Assembly (NCBI GenBank): GCA_021613535.1
Contig: CP075494.1
Span: 7,440,001 to 7,504,000 of the forward strand
DNA length: 64,000 nt
DNA from: Adineta vaga
Lineage: Eukaryota > Animalia > Rotifera
Reading direction: 5' to 3'
The notes beneath the pieces were generated by a model. The model did no database searches. It was not told the DNA's origin and was given only the letters and a program-made list of their open reading frames with translations. The first letter of the stretch is position 1; each line of letters opens with the position of its first letter. A program made the translations under genes and the position numbers. Shown here in pieces: positions 42,601 through 57,600 of the stretch.

Positions 42601-45600
42601 AAGTACAATGGTTTCGTAACGATGTAGAAATCGTTAATAATCCTCAACAATTTAATAATCGGTACGTATTAAGATTTATTGATTACAAAAAAAACTGAAA
42701 TATGATGTATTTCTAGAATTTATCATGTTACGAATCTCAGTAGTGGAACAAGTCGATTAATCATCAAATCAACATTAGATGAAGATGTTGGAACATACAC
42801 CGTTAAACTTACAGGACCAAATGAGGAAACCACAAGTGCAAAACTTATACCAGCTGGTAAGTTTTAGTTGTGATGACGAAAAGAAAATATTCATGAATTA
42901 TCATTTTTTTCTATAATAGCACAATTTCAAAATATTCAAAAGAAAAAAGTTGACACAACACAACGAAAAGCATTAGTTCAAGAACTTGAAGAACGACAAT
43001 TGAAACGTATGCGGCCAACGAAACCAACTCCACGTAGTGGTTATATGTCGTATGGTACAAGTGATGATGATGTCTTCTATGAACCAGTATGTATATGAAT
43101 GTTTCAGAACGAATACACATAACATCATATTATTTTTCTTTTTAAAGACTCAACGTATTGCTCCACAACGTCATCCAACCGTGCCGACAGTAAGTCGTCC
43201 ATTGAAAGATTTGGATGTCAAAGAAGGACAACCCATTCAATTAACATGTCAAGTTCAAGGTTTTCCAAAATCTGAGGTTTATTTTTTATATATTTTAACT
43301 AGAGAACGAACTATTAATTCATTTATTTTATTTAGCTTCTCTGGTTTAAAAATAATGTCCCATTACCATTATCAGCACGACATAAAATAGCTTATGATGC
43401 AAATAGCGGTACAATTACATTACGTGTAACTGATACACGACCTGAAGATAGTGGTGTTTACACTGTGGTAAGTTTTTTCTCTGTTCGTCAACCTATGGAT
43501 TTATTCTGAAATTTAGATTGCTAAAAATCCTCAAGGTCATGCTGAAACAACTGCACATGTAGTTGTTCAAGAATCACCTGGCATTGATGAAACATCCTAT
43601 GTTCAACCAGATGCATTTAAATATCTTGAAAAGCAACCTATTGGTACACGCCAAACGAAACAACGTCGAGAATCGGATACATCAAATTTACAATCGAAAC
43701 CAGCAAAAATTACAAAAACACCAACGAGCAGTGCAGTAGTTGAAGGTGAAACTGCACAATTTACTTGTCAAGTTGAAGGAAATCCTAAACCAAAAGTGAG
43801 AAAACAATCATAAAACACGAATTATATTTCCATTTGATTTTCTTTAGGTCGCTTGGTTGAAAGATAGTAAACCATTAATGGCTGGACCACGTTTTCAAAC
43901 ATATTTTGATCAAGGAACAAAGACAGCTGTTTTACGTGTTAAAGATGTTTGTAAAGAAGATCAAGGATATTATACATGTATTGTGGACAATACAATGAAT
44001 TCTGATCGTAGTACTGCTACTTTACAAGTTATTTCTGAAACCAAAGTAGATCAACGATCATATGTCGAAACAGATGCATTTAAATATCTAACTCCCGAAA
44101 ATAAACAACTTCGTATGGCTAATAAAGAAACGGATCGACCAACAAGTGGTATAGATAGGTAAATGGATTTTTTTTGTTTAAATTTCGATGTATTGATTAC
44201 GTTTGATTTATTTTTATTTTTGTTTTTTTAGTGAATCATTCGTTAATCCAGAAGCATTTCGTTATTTGGAAACGAAAAAACAACCTAAACAACCGGAGGA
44301 TAATCTAACAATTGATGATCGACCTATTGTTGATCTTGATGCATTTCGTTATGTAGAAGCTCGACAAGTTCCTAAAACTAAACGAGAAGATGATACTCGA
44401 GCGTCGATCGATGATACACCGATCATTGCACCCGATGCTTTTCGTTATTTAGAACGAAGAACTGAAGCAACAAAATTAAAAAAAGATCAAGATACAGGTC
44501 CATCAATTGATGAAACTCCTCAAGTTAATTTAGAAGCATTTCAATATTTGGAACGTAGAGTATTACCAAAGAAACCTGAAGAAGGTCCTAGTATTGATGA
44601 ATCATCAATTGTCAATCCTGAAGCATTTAAATATTTAGGTAAATTACGAATGAATGTCATATTCGTTATCTATTTGATTTATAATTGAATATTTTAGAAC
44701 GTAAACCAATGAAAAGAACTGAAGATGTTGGACCAACAATTGATGAAACACCAATAGTTAATCCGGATGCATTTCGTTACTTAGAACGAAAAGCTATACC
44801 GCAACCACGTGATACCACACCGGCTATTGACACTACACCTTTGGTAAATCCAGAAGTATTTAAATATTTAGAAAAGCCAACTGCAATTCCTCGAGTGGAT
44901 GAAACACCATCGATTGATACTCGTCCTATTGTACCGAAAGAAGCTTTTCGTTGGCTTGATCGCCCAAAACCACTCGAACGTATTCCTGAAGGACCAGCTG
45001 TAGATGAAAGTTCATATGTTAATCCACAAGCTTTTCGTTATATTGAAGCTAAACCAAAAGAAAAAGCTGTTGATACTGGTCCATCGATTGACGAAAGTTC
45101 ATATGTTAATCCACAAGCATTTAAATATTTAGAAGCAGCACCATCAAAGAAACCTGTCGATCGCGGACCTACAATTGATACATCAAATTATGTTAATACA
45201 CAATTATTTGCACAATTTGAACAAAAACCTGTACTACAACCAACGTATGAAGAAGAAGAAATTAAACGAGCACCACGAGTTCTTCAACCATTAAAGAGTG
45301 CACAAACAATTGAAGGAAAACCTGCTATTCTAGTTGCAAATATTGATGGTTTTCCTGTACCACAGGTATAGTTTTAAGAAAAAACAACATACTTGTGTTT
45401 TTTTTACATATCTATTTCCTTCATATATTTTCATAGTTAACATGGCTCAAAGATGGTGCTGAATTACCTGCATCTAATCGTGTTACTACTAATTATGATA
45501 TTCCATCAAAGACTGCATGGATTCGTATTGATAATGTTCGAACTGATGATAGTTCTGTTTATACATTAATAGCACATAATTCAACTGGTGAAGTACGTAG

Positions 45601-48600
45601 TGATGCTCGTCTTCATGTAGTACCAAGCCAACACCTATCGATAATACAGCATTTGTATCGGCCGAAGCATTTGAAAGAGTTGAACGTGGAACAGGACCAG
45701 CCCGTCCTTTAGTACCAGCAACAACAGGTGTAGATGATACATCATTCGTTAATCCTTTACTTTTTCAACAATTTGAATCACCACTTAAAGTAAAACCAAC
45801 AGACAATTTCTCAAATGAAGTAGTTGTTCAAGTACCAGCACGCGTTATAGCACCATTAAAATCTATTCAAGCACCTGAAAGTGTCACTGTCGTTCTCGAA
45901 GCAATCGTTGAAGGTAGTCCTGTACCAACATTTACTTGGTTAAAAGATCAAGTACCTTTAAGTGAAAGTAATCGTTTCATTACCAATTATGATTTACCAA
46001 GTAAACGTGTGACATTAACAATAAAAGATGTACGTGAAAGCGATACAGGAACATATACAGTATTAGCATCGAATGGTCCTCAAGTAAGTTTTATCTTTTA
46101 CTTAGGCATGCTAAATGAAATTTGAATTTCTTTTCTTCTTAAAAACAAAGCTTCAACATTCGACAGCGACATTACAAATTGTTGGTGCACCTTCAATTGA
46201 TCAATCATCCTTTATTTCAATGGATGTATTTAATCAATTAGAACGACCACTAAATCAACAACCGAAAATACTCGTACAATCAGGTGTTGATCAAACGTCA
46301 TACATTTCTCAACCGGATCGTTTTGCTGTATTTGATCAAATTCATCCAAATCGACGACCTTTGAATGATTTTGGTGGTGTTGATGAAACATCACTTGTAA
46401 GCATGGAAAAAATACGTTTATTGGAAATTCCATCTAGTGCGATGAAACAACCATATGATGTTGAAGAAAAATTAGAAACACCTACAGTTATATCACCACT
46501 TCAACCAATTAATGCACAAGAAGGAACACCAGTAGTTTTAACAGCTAAAATTGCTGGTAGTCCAATGCCAAATGTGAGTAAAAAAATATCTACTAGAAAA
46601 ATGATCATATAGATTCCATTATTTTATTCTTTCAGTTTACATGGTTTAAAGATAATGCACCATTGATTGCATCATCACGGTTTACTACTTACTACGATAT
46701 TCCATCGAAATTAATTGTCTTACAAATTAACGATGCTCGCCCAAATGATACAGGTGTTTTTACAGTCAAAGCTGATAATAAATCAGGTGATGTAACTACA
46801 TCGGCTACATTAACAATTTCAAGTTTACCTACTGTTCGAGATCAATCCTTTATAACTGCCGATAAATTTCTTCTTTTGGAACAATCCAATCAACCTCGTA
46901 CAACTGAAGATATTAGTGGTGTTGACGAACGTCCACTTGTTGATTTAACAAAAATACAACAATTAGAAATCAAACCTGCTAGATTAACTGTCGAAGAAGA
47001 AGAACAAATTGAACAAGTTAAACCAACTGTTCTAATGCCACTTCGTAATATTCAAGCAGTTGAAAATCAACCTGTCGTTCTCTCAGCACAAATCGAAGGC
47101 AAACCACAACCACAATTTTCTTGGTTTAAAAATGATCAACCATTACCAGAAGGAAATCGTTTTCGTACACATTATGATATTCCATCAAAAACAATCTTTC
47201 TTACTGTTGCTGGTGCTCGTGAAGATGATTCTGGTACATATCGTGTCGTTGCTCAAAATCCAACTGGACAAGAAGAAACGACATGTGAAGTAATTGTTGA
47301 TATTAATCAACCTAGTATTGATCAACGTTCATTTGTTCCTCAAAAAGCTTTTGATAAATTAGAAAAACCATTATTACAAGTGACTAGCGTCATGAGTGGA
47401 GTTGATCAAACAAGTTTTTTCAATCAAGATCTATTTCGTCCATTGGATGAACGACATATTAAACATCCATCTGCCATTGTTGGTGGTGAAGATAGTGATG
47501 CAGCAATGCCCGTTTCAGCACCGAAAGTTCTTACACCACTTCGTCCAGCAAAAACAACTGAAGGTGAAACAGTTCTCTTAACAGCACAAATTGAAGGTTA
47601 TCCATTACCACAATTTACTTGGTTTCATAATAATCAACCATTGATGGCATCTAACCGTGTTACATCACATTATGATATGTTGACCAAACGTAGTTTTCTT
47701 CAAATTGTTGATAGTCGACCAAGTGATGCTGGTACATATGAATTAATTGCTGAAAATTCAACTGGTCACGATCGTACAAGAACAGAATTAACGATTGTTC
47801 CCGTTTCAAAAGTTGATCAAACTGGTTATGTTCCATTTGATAAATTTTCAACATTGGAATTTAAACCACGTATACCAAGTGATCTTCGTTCAGGTGTTGA
47901 TGCTTCACCATTTGTTAGTGGAGAAATATTTCGTTTATTAGAAGCAAAACCAGTGAATGAATATTTCGTACCAGAAGATGAACGAAATGTACCAGTCGAA
48001 GTACTTGTACCATTGAAACCAGCTATTGCACAAGAAGGACAACCAGTTATATTAACTGCTAAAATACGTGGCAGACCGACACCTCAAGTAAAACTAAAAG
48101 AAAAAACAAAAAAACTTTGTTGTAACGAAAAATTTGATTTTTCTTTTTTAGTTTACATGGCTTCGTAATAATCAACCAGTATTAGAATCGAATCGTTTAC
48201 AAACTTATTATGATTTTCCATCGGAAACACTTGTATTAGAAATAAGTGATATTTGGCCTCATGATGCAGGTAAAACGTCAGTGATTGCATGATTTTATAT
48301 TTTACTATTTTGTTTTTGTATCTATCTTTTTAGGTAATTATACTGTAATTGCTGAAAATCCCAAAACAGGTGAACGAGTTGAAACATCAGCACCATTAAC
48401 AGTACGTGGTGATACGACATCAATTGATCGAACTGCATTTGTTGCACCCGATGCATTTCGAACATTGGAAACAGCAGCACCATTACGTCCAGTTATTGAT
48501 GAATCTGGTGTAGATACAAATAGTTTTATGAGTCCAGATGTTTTACGAGCATTGGATCAAACGAAATCAAAACCAACTGATACACCAGAAAAGAAACAAC

Positions 48601-51600
48601 CACTTGTAGCACCCAAAGTTCTTGGTACATTACAACCAGTCCATGTCAATGAAGGACAACCCATTAATTTTACTGCAAAAGTCGAAGGAGTTCCACAACC
48701 AAATGTAAGTAACTATTGAATGAATAGTTTTATCGAAACAACACATCTCTTTAGTTTACATGGACGAAAAATGGTCAACCACTTCCGGAATCCAATCGAG
48801 TTTGGTCACATTATGATGTATCTACTAAAACAGTCCTTTTACAAATTAATGGTGCTCGACCAGATGATACTGGTACATATGTTCTCGATGCAGAAAATCC
48901 ACTTGGTCGTGATCAAATACAAACAACAGTAAAGGTTTCACCGGGACCAGCTGTCGATACTAACGGTTTGATATTGATGCGTTGAAAATGTTTCTTGTTA
49001 TCTATATAATCTTGATTTTTTAGCTTTTGTTTCACCTGAAAAATTTGCTGCTTTTGATCAACCATCTGGTCCTAATGTTTCAACTCAATCAGGTGTCGAT
49101 ACTAGCCCTTTTGTACAACCAGAACGATTTGTACCATTAGAAGTTAAAGCACCTCAACCAACAAAACAAGAAATGCAGAAACCAGAAGCACCGCAAGTCT
49201 CTTCACCTTTAGAAACTGTTCAAGCAAATGAAGGCTCACCCGTTCTTCTTCAAGCTACAATTCATGGCAAACCAACACCAAATGTAAGTTAAAAACTGTT
49301 TTGTTTCCAGTCATTTATCCTATTTTTATATCTCGTTAAGTTTGCTTGGTTGAAAGATGGCAAACCACTTCAAGCATCCAATCGTCTTCGTACACGTTAT
49401 GATATTGGTACGAAACAAGTTCTTTTACAAATCAACGATGTTCGTCCACAAGATGCTGGCCAATATACGGTTCTAGCATCGAATCCAGCTGGTGAAGATC
49501 ACACAGTTGGTACTTTGAGTGTTATACCAGATAAACCAGGTGTCGATGAACGACCATTCATTCCAACAGATAAATTTCGTAACCTCGAACAACCACAAGG
49601 TGATGAACGACGACCTTTACAACTTATATCGGGTGTTGACATACCGTCGACCGTCTCACCAACTGGACGACCAGAAGAAGCACCACGTGTCATGGTACCA
49701 TTGAAGGATAGTGATACAAAAGAAACAATGCCTGCCATATTTTCTACTACAATTGAAGCTGGTTCACCAATGTCCAAGGTAAGCTTTCACATTTATGTTT
49801 CGCAATCGCATGTATACTACTAATGAAACTCAATTCCTTTGAATTACTTTTCACTATCACATCTATATTAGCTCGTTCAGAAAAGCTAAAATCCCATTTG
49901 AAAATACCAATATTTTTGCGATCTGACGTCTGTTTCGAAACGAATCATTCTAGTTTACTTGGCTCAAAGATGGTCACCCTCTTGTCGCAGATGACCGATT
50001 TATCACTAAATATGATGTGGTTCCAAAAATACTGACTTTGGAAATTCTCAACGTCCAACCAGAAGATCAAGGTAACTATACCGTTCGGGCTACGAACCCC
50101 ACGGGTATTGACGAAACTACCGCAAAGCTGACTGTTCAACCATTGACAAAAGCTGAAGAACAAGTATTATCACAACCAAAACCACTCGAGGTCATTGCAC
50201 CCAAACCAACTCAACAAGACATGCAACGTCCACAGGCACCAAAGGTGGTTAAATCACTCGAAAACGTCGAAGCAACAAAAGGATCACCAGTCCTACTTAG
50301 TGCGACCATTGCTGGAAAACCTATTCCCACTGTAAGATTCCAATACACACCAATGAGATGTTACATAAAAATCCTTTCACTTCTATATAGTTCACTTGGT
50401 TCAAAGATAGTAAACCCTTGATTGCTTCGAAACGTCTTCGCACTCTATATGTGCTCCAACAAATCAAGTCGTTTTACAAATTGAAGAAGTTCGACCAGAA
50501 GATCAAGGCCAATACACTGTTGTTGCTGTCAACTCTGTTGGTCAAGAAACAACCACTAGTTCACTAACAGTAGTGCCTATAAGAACAGAAGAAGATATAC
50601 GTGGATCAAGGTCAACCACAAGGCAAAACACCACGACCAGTAGAAATGACACCTGCCATTGACTTTCTTCCAATGGATACCTCCCCACATGTGATGATAC
50701 CGCTGAAAGATAGTGAGACAAAAGAAACAATGCCAGTGATATTCTCGACAACGATTGAGGCCGGTTCACCGATGTCCAAGGTATGCATTGCTTCCAGCGA
50801 ATTTATATTTATACGCATGAAAATATCGAAATTCATCAATATACTATAGAACTGCTAAAGAAAAAAACTTGTCCGTGAAACGGAATGCTCGCGATAGAAT
50901 ATTTAACGCATGTGATTTTTATGCTGCTTGCTCAGAAAATACTTATTCACTAAGCGAATATATAATAGATGCATAGTTTCGATGTATCGTTGCTTCGATT
51001 GATTCAAGCATCGATAATCAACTCACAATCATGAACTCTTTTAGTTTACATGGTTCAAGGATGACAAACCTCTTGTCGAAGGTGACCGATTTATCACTAA
51101 GTATGATGTCATTCCGAAGACACTCACTTTGGAAATTCTCAATGTACGACCGGAAGATCAAGGTAACTACACCGTTCGGGCTACAAACCCCACTGGTGTA
51201 GACCAAACCACCGCGAAGCTGATTGTTCAACCGTTGACAAAAGCTGAAGAACAAGTATTGTCACAACCAAAACCACTCGAGGTCATTGCACCAAAACCAA
51301 CACAACAAGACATGAAACAACCACAGGCACCAAAAGTAGTTAAACCACTCGAAGATATCGAAGCACCGAAAAGATCGCCAGTTTTACTCAAAGCAACTAT
51401 AACAGGAAAACCTATCCCTAATGTAAGGCTTTTCCCCCCGTTCCATAGAAAAGTTTTGTTTATTTATATTATATTGTGTATAGTTTACGTGGCTGAAGGA
51501 TGACAAACCATTGATTGCTTCGAAACGACTTCGAACTCGCTACGATACTCAAACGAATCAAGTCGTTTTACAAATCGATGAAGTTCGACCAGAAGATGCC

Positions 51601-54600
51601 GGTCAATATAGTGTAGTTGCTAACAATCCTGTTGGTCAAGAAAAATCCACTAGTACATTGACTGTAGTACCAGAACGAACAGGAGAAGAGAAACCAGCAC
51701 TAGGTCAACCAACAGGAAAGAAGCCAAGACCTGTTGAGATGACACCATATGTGGATTTTCAACCAAGTGATGTGTCTCCTTTGAAACCTGAAGAAACTCG
51801 TGCACCAAATGTGATGATACCGTTGACGGATGCTGTCATTAAAGAAACATTACCAGTCATATTCTCCACAACCATCGATGCGGGTTCACCAATGTCTAAG
51901 GTACGAATAGCTCGCATCGGTTTCATGCTGCTGTTTTGAAAACATCAGTAGCATATGTTGTTGCGCATGAACGTACCCACTTTATGAAAGTATTTCGTTC
52001 TTGGTATATGATTGATATTTATGTCCTATATTGCATAATGTGTTGAATGCGTCATACTGAATGTTCATTTTTAAAAACATATCTTGATCATGTAATGTGC
52101 TAGGCATGCACATATCATCGTGCTCGATAGATTTATTGTGTACGAAACGCTGTATGCTTGATGCGCATTGTTCTTTTTTCTCTTTGAATGACTGAGTAAT
52201 ATACAAGAAATACACGATCCTAAACTCTTGTAGTTCACCTGGTTCAAGGATGACAAACCTCTTGTCGAAGGTGACCGATTCATCACTAAGTATGATGTCA
52301 TTCCGAAGACACTCACTTTGGAAATTCTCAATGTACGACCGGAAGATCAAGGTAACTATACCGTTCGGGCTACGAACCCCACAGGTATTGACGAAACCAC
52401 CGCGAAGTTGATTGTTCAACCGTTGACAAAAGCTGAAGAACAAGTATTGTCACAACCAAAACCACTCGAGGTCATTGCACCAAAACCAACACAACAAGAC
52501 ATGCAACAACCACAGGCACCAAAAGTAGTTAAACCACTCGAAAATGTTGAAGCACCGAAAGGATCGCCTGTTTTACTCAAAGCAACCATAACGGGAAAAC
52601 CTATCCCTAATGTAAGACTCCATATATTTCGCATATTTGATGTACAGCCCTATATTGTATTGTGTATAGTTTACGTGGTTGAAGGATGACAAACCATTGA
52701 TTGCTTCGAAACGACTTCGAACTCGGTACGATGCTCCAACGAATCAAATCATTTTACAAATTGATGAGGTTCGACCAGAAGATGCCGGTCAATATAGTGT
52801 AGTTGCTACCAATCCTGTCGGTCAAGAAATAACGAAAGGTTCACTAAATGTAGTACCAGAACGGACAGGAGAAGAGAAACCAGCACTAGGTCAACCACAA
52901 GGAAAGAAACCACGACCTGTTGAGATGACGCCAGGTGTGGACTTTCAACCGACGGATCTAGCACCGTTGAAGCCACAAGAGACTCGTGCACCAAACGTAA
53001 TGGTACCGTTGACGGATGCTGTCATAAAAGAAACAATGCCAGTGATATTGTCGACAACCATCGATGCGGGTTCACCAATGTCTAAGGTACGAATAGCTCG
53101 CATCGGTTTCATGCTGCTGTTTTGAAAACATCAGTAGCATATGTTGTTGCGCATGAACGTACCCACTTTATGAAAGTATTTCGTTCTTGGTATATGATTG
53201 ATATTTATGTCCTATATTGCATAATGTGTTGAATGTGTCATAGTGAATGTTCATTTTTAAAAACATATCTTGATCATGTAATGTGCTAGGCATGCACATA
53301 TCATCGTGCTCGATAGATTTATTGTGTACGAAACGCTGTATGCTTGATGCGCATTGTTCTTTTTTCTCTTTGAATGATTGAGTAATATGTAAGAAATACA
53401 CGATCCTAAACTCTTGTAGTTCACCTGGTTCAAGGATGACAAACCACTTATTGCAGGTGATCGTTTCATCACTAAGTATGATGTGATCCCGAAAATACTC
53501 ACTTTGGAAATTCTCAACGTGCAACAGGAAGATCAAGGTAACTATACCGTTCGGGCTACGAACCCCACAGGTATTGACGAAACCACCGCGAAGTTAATTG
53601 TTCAACCGTTGACAAAAGCTGAAGAACAAGTATTATCACAATCAAAACCACTCGAAGTTATTGCACCAAAACCAACACAACAAGACATGAAACAACCACA
53701 GGCACCAAAAGTAGTTAAACCACTCGAAAATGTCGAAGTACCGAAAGGATCGCCTGTGTTACTCCAAGCAACCATAACGGGAACACCTATCCCTAATGTA
53801 AGAGTCCATATATTTTGCACAGCTGATGTAAAGATTTATACTATATTGTGTATAGTTTACGTGGTTGAAGGATGACAAACCATTGATTGCTTCGAAACGA
53901 CTTCGAACTCGGTACGATGCTCCAACGAATCAAGTCGTTTTACAAATTGACGAAGTTCGACCAGAAGATGCCGGTCAATATAGTGTAGTTGCTAACAATC
54001 CTGTCGGTCAAGAAATAACGAAAGGTTCACTGAATGTAGCACCAGAACGAACAGGAGAAGAGAAACCAGCACTAGGCCAACCACAAGGAAAGAAACCACG
54101 ACCTGTTGAGATGACACCCGGTGTTGACTTTCAACCAAGTGATGTGTCTCCTTTGAAACCTCAAGAGAGTCGTGCACCAAACGTAATGGTACCGTTGACG
54201 GATGCTGTCATAAAAGAAACATTACCAGTCATATTCTCGACAACAATCGATGCGGGCTCACCAATGTCCAAGGTACGAATAGCTCGCATCGGTTTCATGC
54301 GACTGCTATAAATATACTAGTAGCACGTTGTTGCACATGAACGTATCAACATTATCCAAGTATTTTGTTGCTTGTTTTGAATACGTATATTACACGATGA
54401 ATGTTGAATACTATGTTGAATGTGTGAAAAAAGAATGTTTGCTTTTAAAAGTATATCCTGCTAATGTAACTGTTGCGCATGTAAATGTTGTACTGCGTCA
54501 TAAACGGGTTGTCTAACTAACGCTATATGCTTGAGTCGATACGATAGATATAACGAATACATGATCATATACTCTTTTAGTTTACATGGTTCAAGGATGA

Positions 54601-57600
54601 CAAACCACTGATCGCAGGTGATCGTTTCATCACTAAGTATGATGCATCCCGAAAATACTCACTTTGGAAATACTCAATGTACGACCGGAAGATCAAGGTA
54701 ATTATACCGTTCGGGCTACAAACCCCACTGGTGTAGACGAAACTAAAGCGATACTCACTGTTCAACCGTTGACAAAAGCTGAAGAACAAGTATTATCACA
54801 ACCAAAACCACTCGAGGTCATTGCACCACAACCAACACAACAAGACATGAAACAACCACAGGCGCCAAAAGTAGTTAAACCACTCGAAAATGTAGAAGCA
54901 CCGAAAGGATCGCCAGTTTTACTCCAAGCAACCATAACGGGAAAACCTATCCCTAATGTAAGGCTTTTCCCCCGTTCCATAGAAAAGTTTTGTTTATTTA
55001 TATTATATTGCGTATAGTTTACGTGGTTGAAGGATGACAAACCGTTGATTGGTTCAAAACGAATTCGTACTCGGTACGATGCTCCAACGAATCAAATCAT
55101 TTTACAAATTGATGAGGTTCGACCAGAAGATGCCGGTCAATATAGCGTAGTTGCTAACAATCCTGTCGGTCAAGAAACAACCAAAGGTTCACTGAATGTA
55201 GTACCAGAACGGACAGGAGAAGAGAAACCAGCACTAGGTCAACCACAAGGAAAGAAACCACGACCTGTTGAGATGACGCCAGGTGTGGACTTTCAACCGA
55301 CGGATCTAGCACCGTTGAAGCCACCAGAGACTCGTGCACCAAACGTAATGGTACCGTTGACGGATGCTGTCATAAAAGAAACAATGCCAGTCATATTCTC
55401 GACAACAATCGATGCGGGCTCACCAATGTCCAAGGTATTGATTGCTTTCATCGTTTTCTGCATAGTTATATAGTACTGCGAGGCATATGTTCCTATGTAA
55501 TAAGTTTTTGAAACTATGAAGCTAACTTTAACACATTGTATTCAATATTCTATTAGTTTGCGAAAAGGAATGTGTGCTCGATACACTTGATTGTTTTGTT
55601 TTTTCATTTGATGTCTGCCTATTTATTCACGCATGTACGAATGAGTAATCGATAAGGAATCGTTTCGTCTTTTAGTTCACTTGGTTCAAGGATGACAAAC
55701 CTCTTGTCGCAGGAGATCGTTTTGTCACAAAGTATGATGTCATTCCTAAGACACTCACTTTGGAAATTCTCAATGTACGACCGGAAGACCAAGGTAACTA
55801 TACCGTTCGGGCTACAAACCCCACTGGTGTAGACGAAACTAAAGCGATACTCACTGTTCAACCGTTGACAAAAGCTGAAGAACAAGTATTATCACAACCA
55901 AAACCACTCGAGGTCATTGCACCACAACCAACACAACAAGACATGAAACAACCACAGGCACCAAAAGTAGTTAAACCACTCGAAAATGTTGAAGCACCGA
56001 AAGGATCGCCTGTGTTACTCAAAGCAACCATAACGGGAACACCTATCCCTAATGTAAGACTGCGCATTTTTTGCATAGCTGACGCAAAGATTTATATTAT
56101 ATTGTGTATAGTTCACTTGGTTGAAAGATGACAAACCATTGATTGCTTCGAAACGACTTCGAACTCGGTACGATGTTTCAACGAATCAAGTCGTTTTACA
56201 AATTGATGAGGTTCGCCCAGAAGATGCCGGTCAATATAGTGTAGTTGCTAACAACCCTGTTGGTCAAGAAACAACCAAAGGCTCACTGAATGTAGTACCA
56301 GAACGAACAGGAGAAGAGAAGCAAGGACTTGGTCAACCACAAGGAAAGAAACCACGACCTGTTGAGATGACACCAGGTGTTGACTTTCAAGCAAGTGATG
56401 TGTCTCCTTTGAAACCTGAAGAAACTCGAGCTCCACGTGTAATGGTTCCATTGAAAGACAGCGAGACAAAAGAAACAATGCCAATAATATTCTCGACCAC
56501 AATCGATGCTGGTTCACCATTGTCAAAGGTATGTAGTAGTGGCATGTTGTTTTACTATTGATATATAAAGGCGTAATGTACTTCCGAACGGATCTAAATC
56601 TGAAAGTATGTCAATCTGTATTGGACTGTTAGAAACGGACCTCATTGCGTTTGATTCGTCTAGTTTTCACTACGATACGGTAAAACTTCGATTTTGTAAA
56701 AGAAACGTTTGTTTTATCGGTGAAGACAAAGTGATTGGCGAACTAGCCTTAATAACCTCACGCATTTCCTTCGAAAACGCATGTCCTACAACTACTATTT
56801 ATCATAAGTTTTATCGGATCTCTATATTGATATAAGGTTGCTTACATTTTAAGTTAGATTATTTACTTAAAATATAACCTGAGGCAACGGATGTACGATC
56901 ATCTGTCCTTTTAGTTCACTTGGTTCAAGGATGACAAACCGCTTGTCGCAGGTGACCGATTTATCACTAAATATGATGTGGTTCCAAAGATACTGACTTT
57001 GGAAATTCTCAATGCTCAACCTGAAGATCAAGGTAACTATACCGTTCGGGCTACGAACCCCACAGGTATTGACGAAACCACCGCGAAGTTGATTGTTCAA
57101 CCGTTGAGCAAAGCTGAAGAGCAAGTTTTATCACAACCAAAACCACTCGAGGTCGTTGCACCACAACCAACACAACAAGATATGAAACAACCACGGGCGC
57201 CAAAAGTAGTTAAACCACTCGAAAATGTAGAAGCACCAAAAGGATCGCCTGTGTTACTCCAAGCAACCATAACGGGAACACCTATCCCGAATGTAAGACT
57301 CCCTATATTTTGCATATTTGATGTACAGCCTTATATTGTATTGTGCATAGTTTACGTGGTTGAAGGATGACAAGCCGTTGATTGCTTCGAAACGTCTTCG
57401 AACTCGGTACGATGCTCCAACGAATCAAGTCGTTTTACAAATTGATGAGGTTCGCCCAGAAGATGCTGGTCAATATAGTGTAGTTGCTAGCAACCCTGTG
57501 GGTCAAGAAACAACCAAAGGCTCACTGAATGTAGTACCAGAACGAACAGGAGAAGAGAAGCAAGGACTTGGTCAACCACAAGGAAAGAAACCACGACCTG

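Noticed and set aside
44040-45230. True nebulin repeats
   Set aside because: No SDxxYK motif. The unit derives from this protein's own inter-Ig linker.
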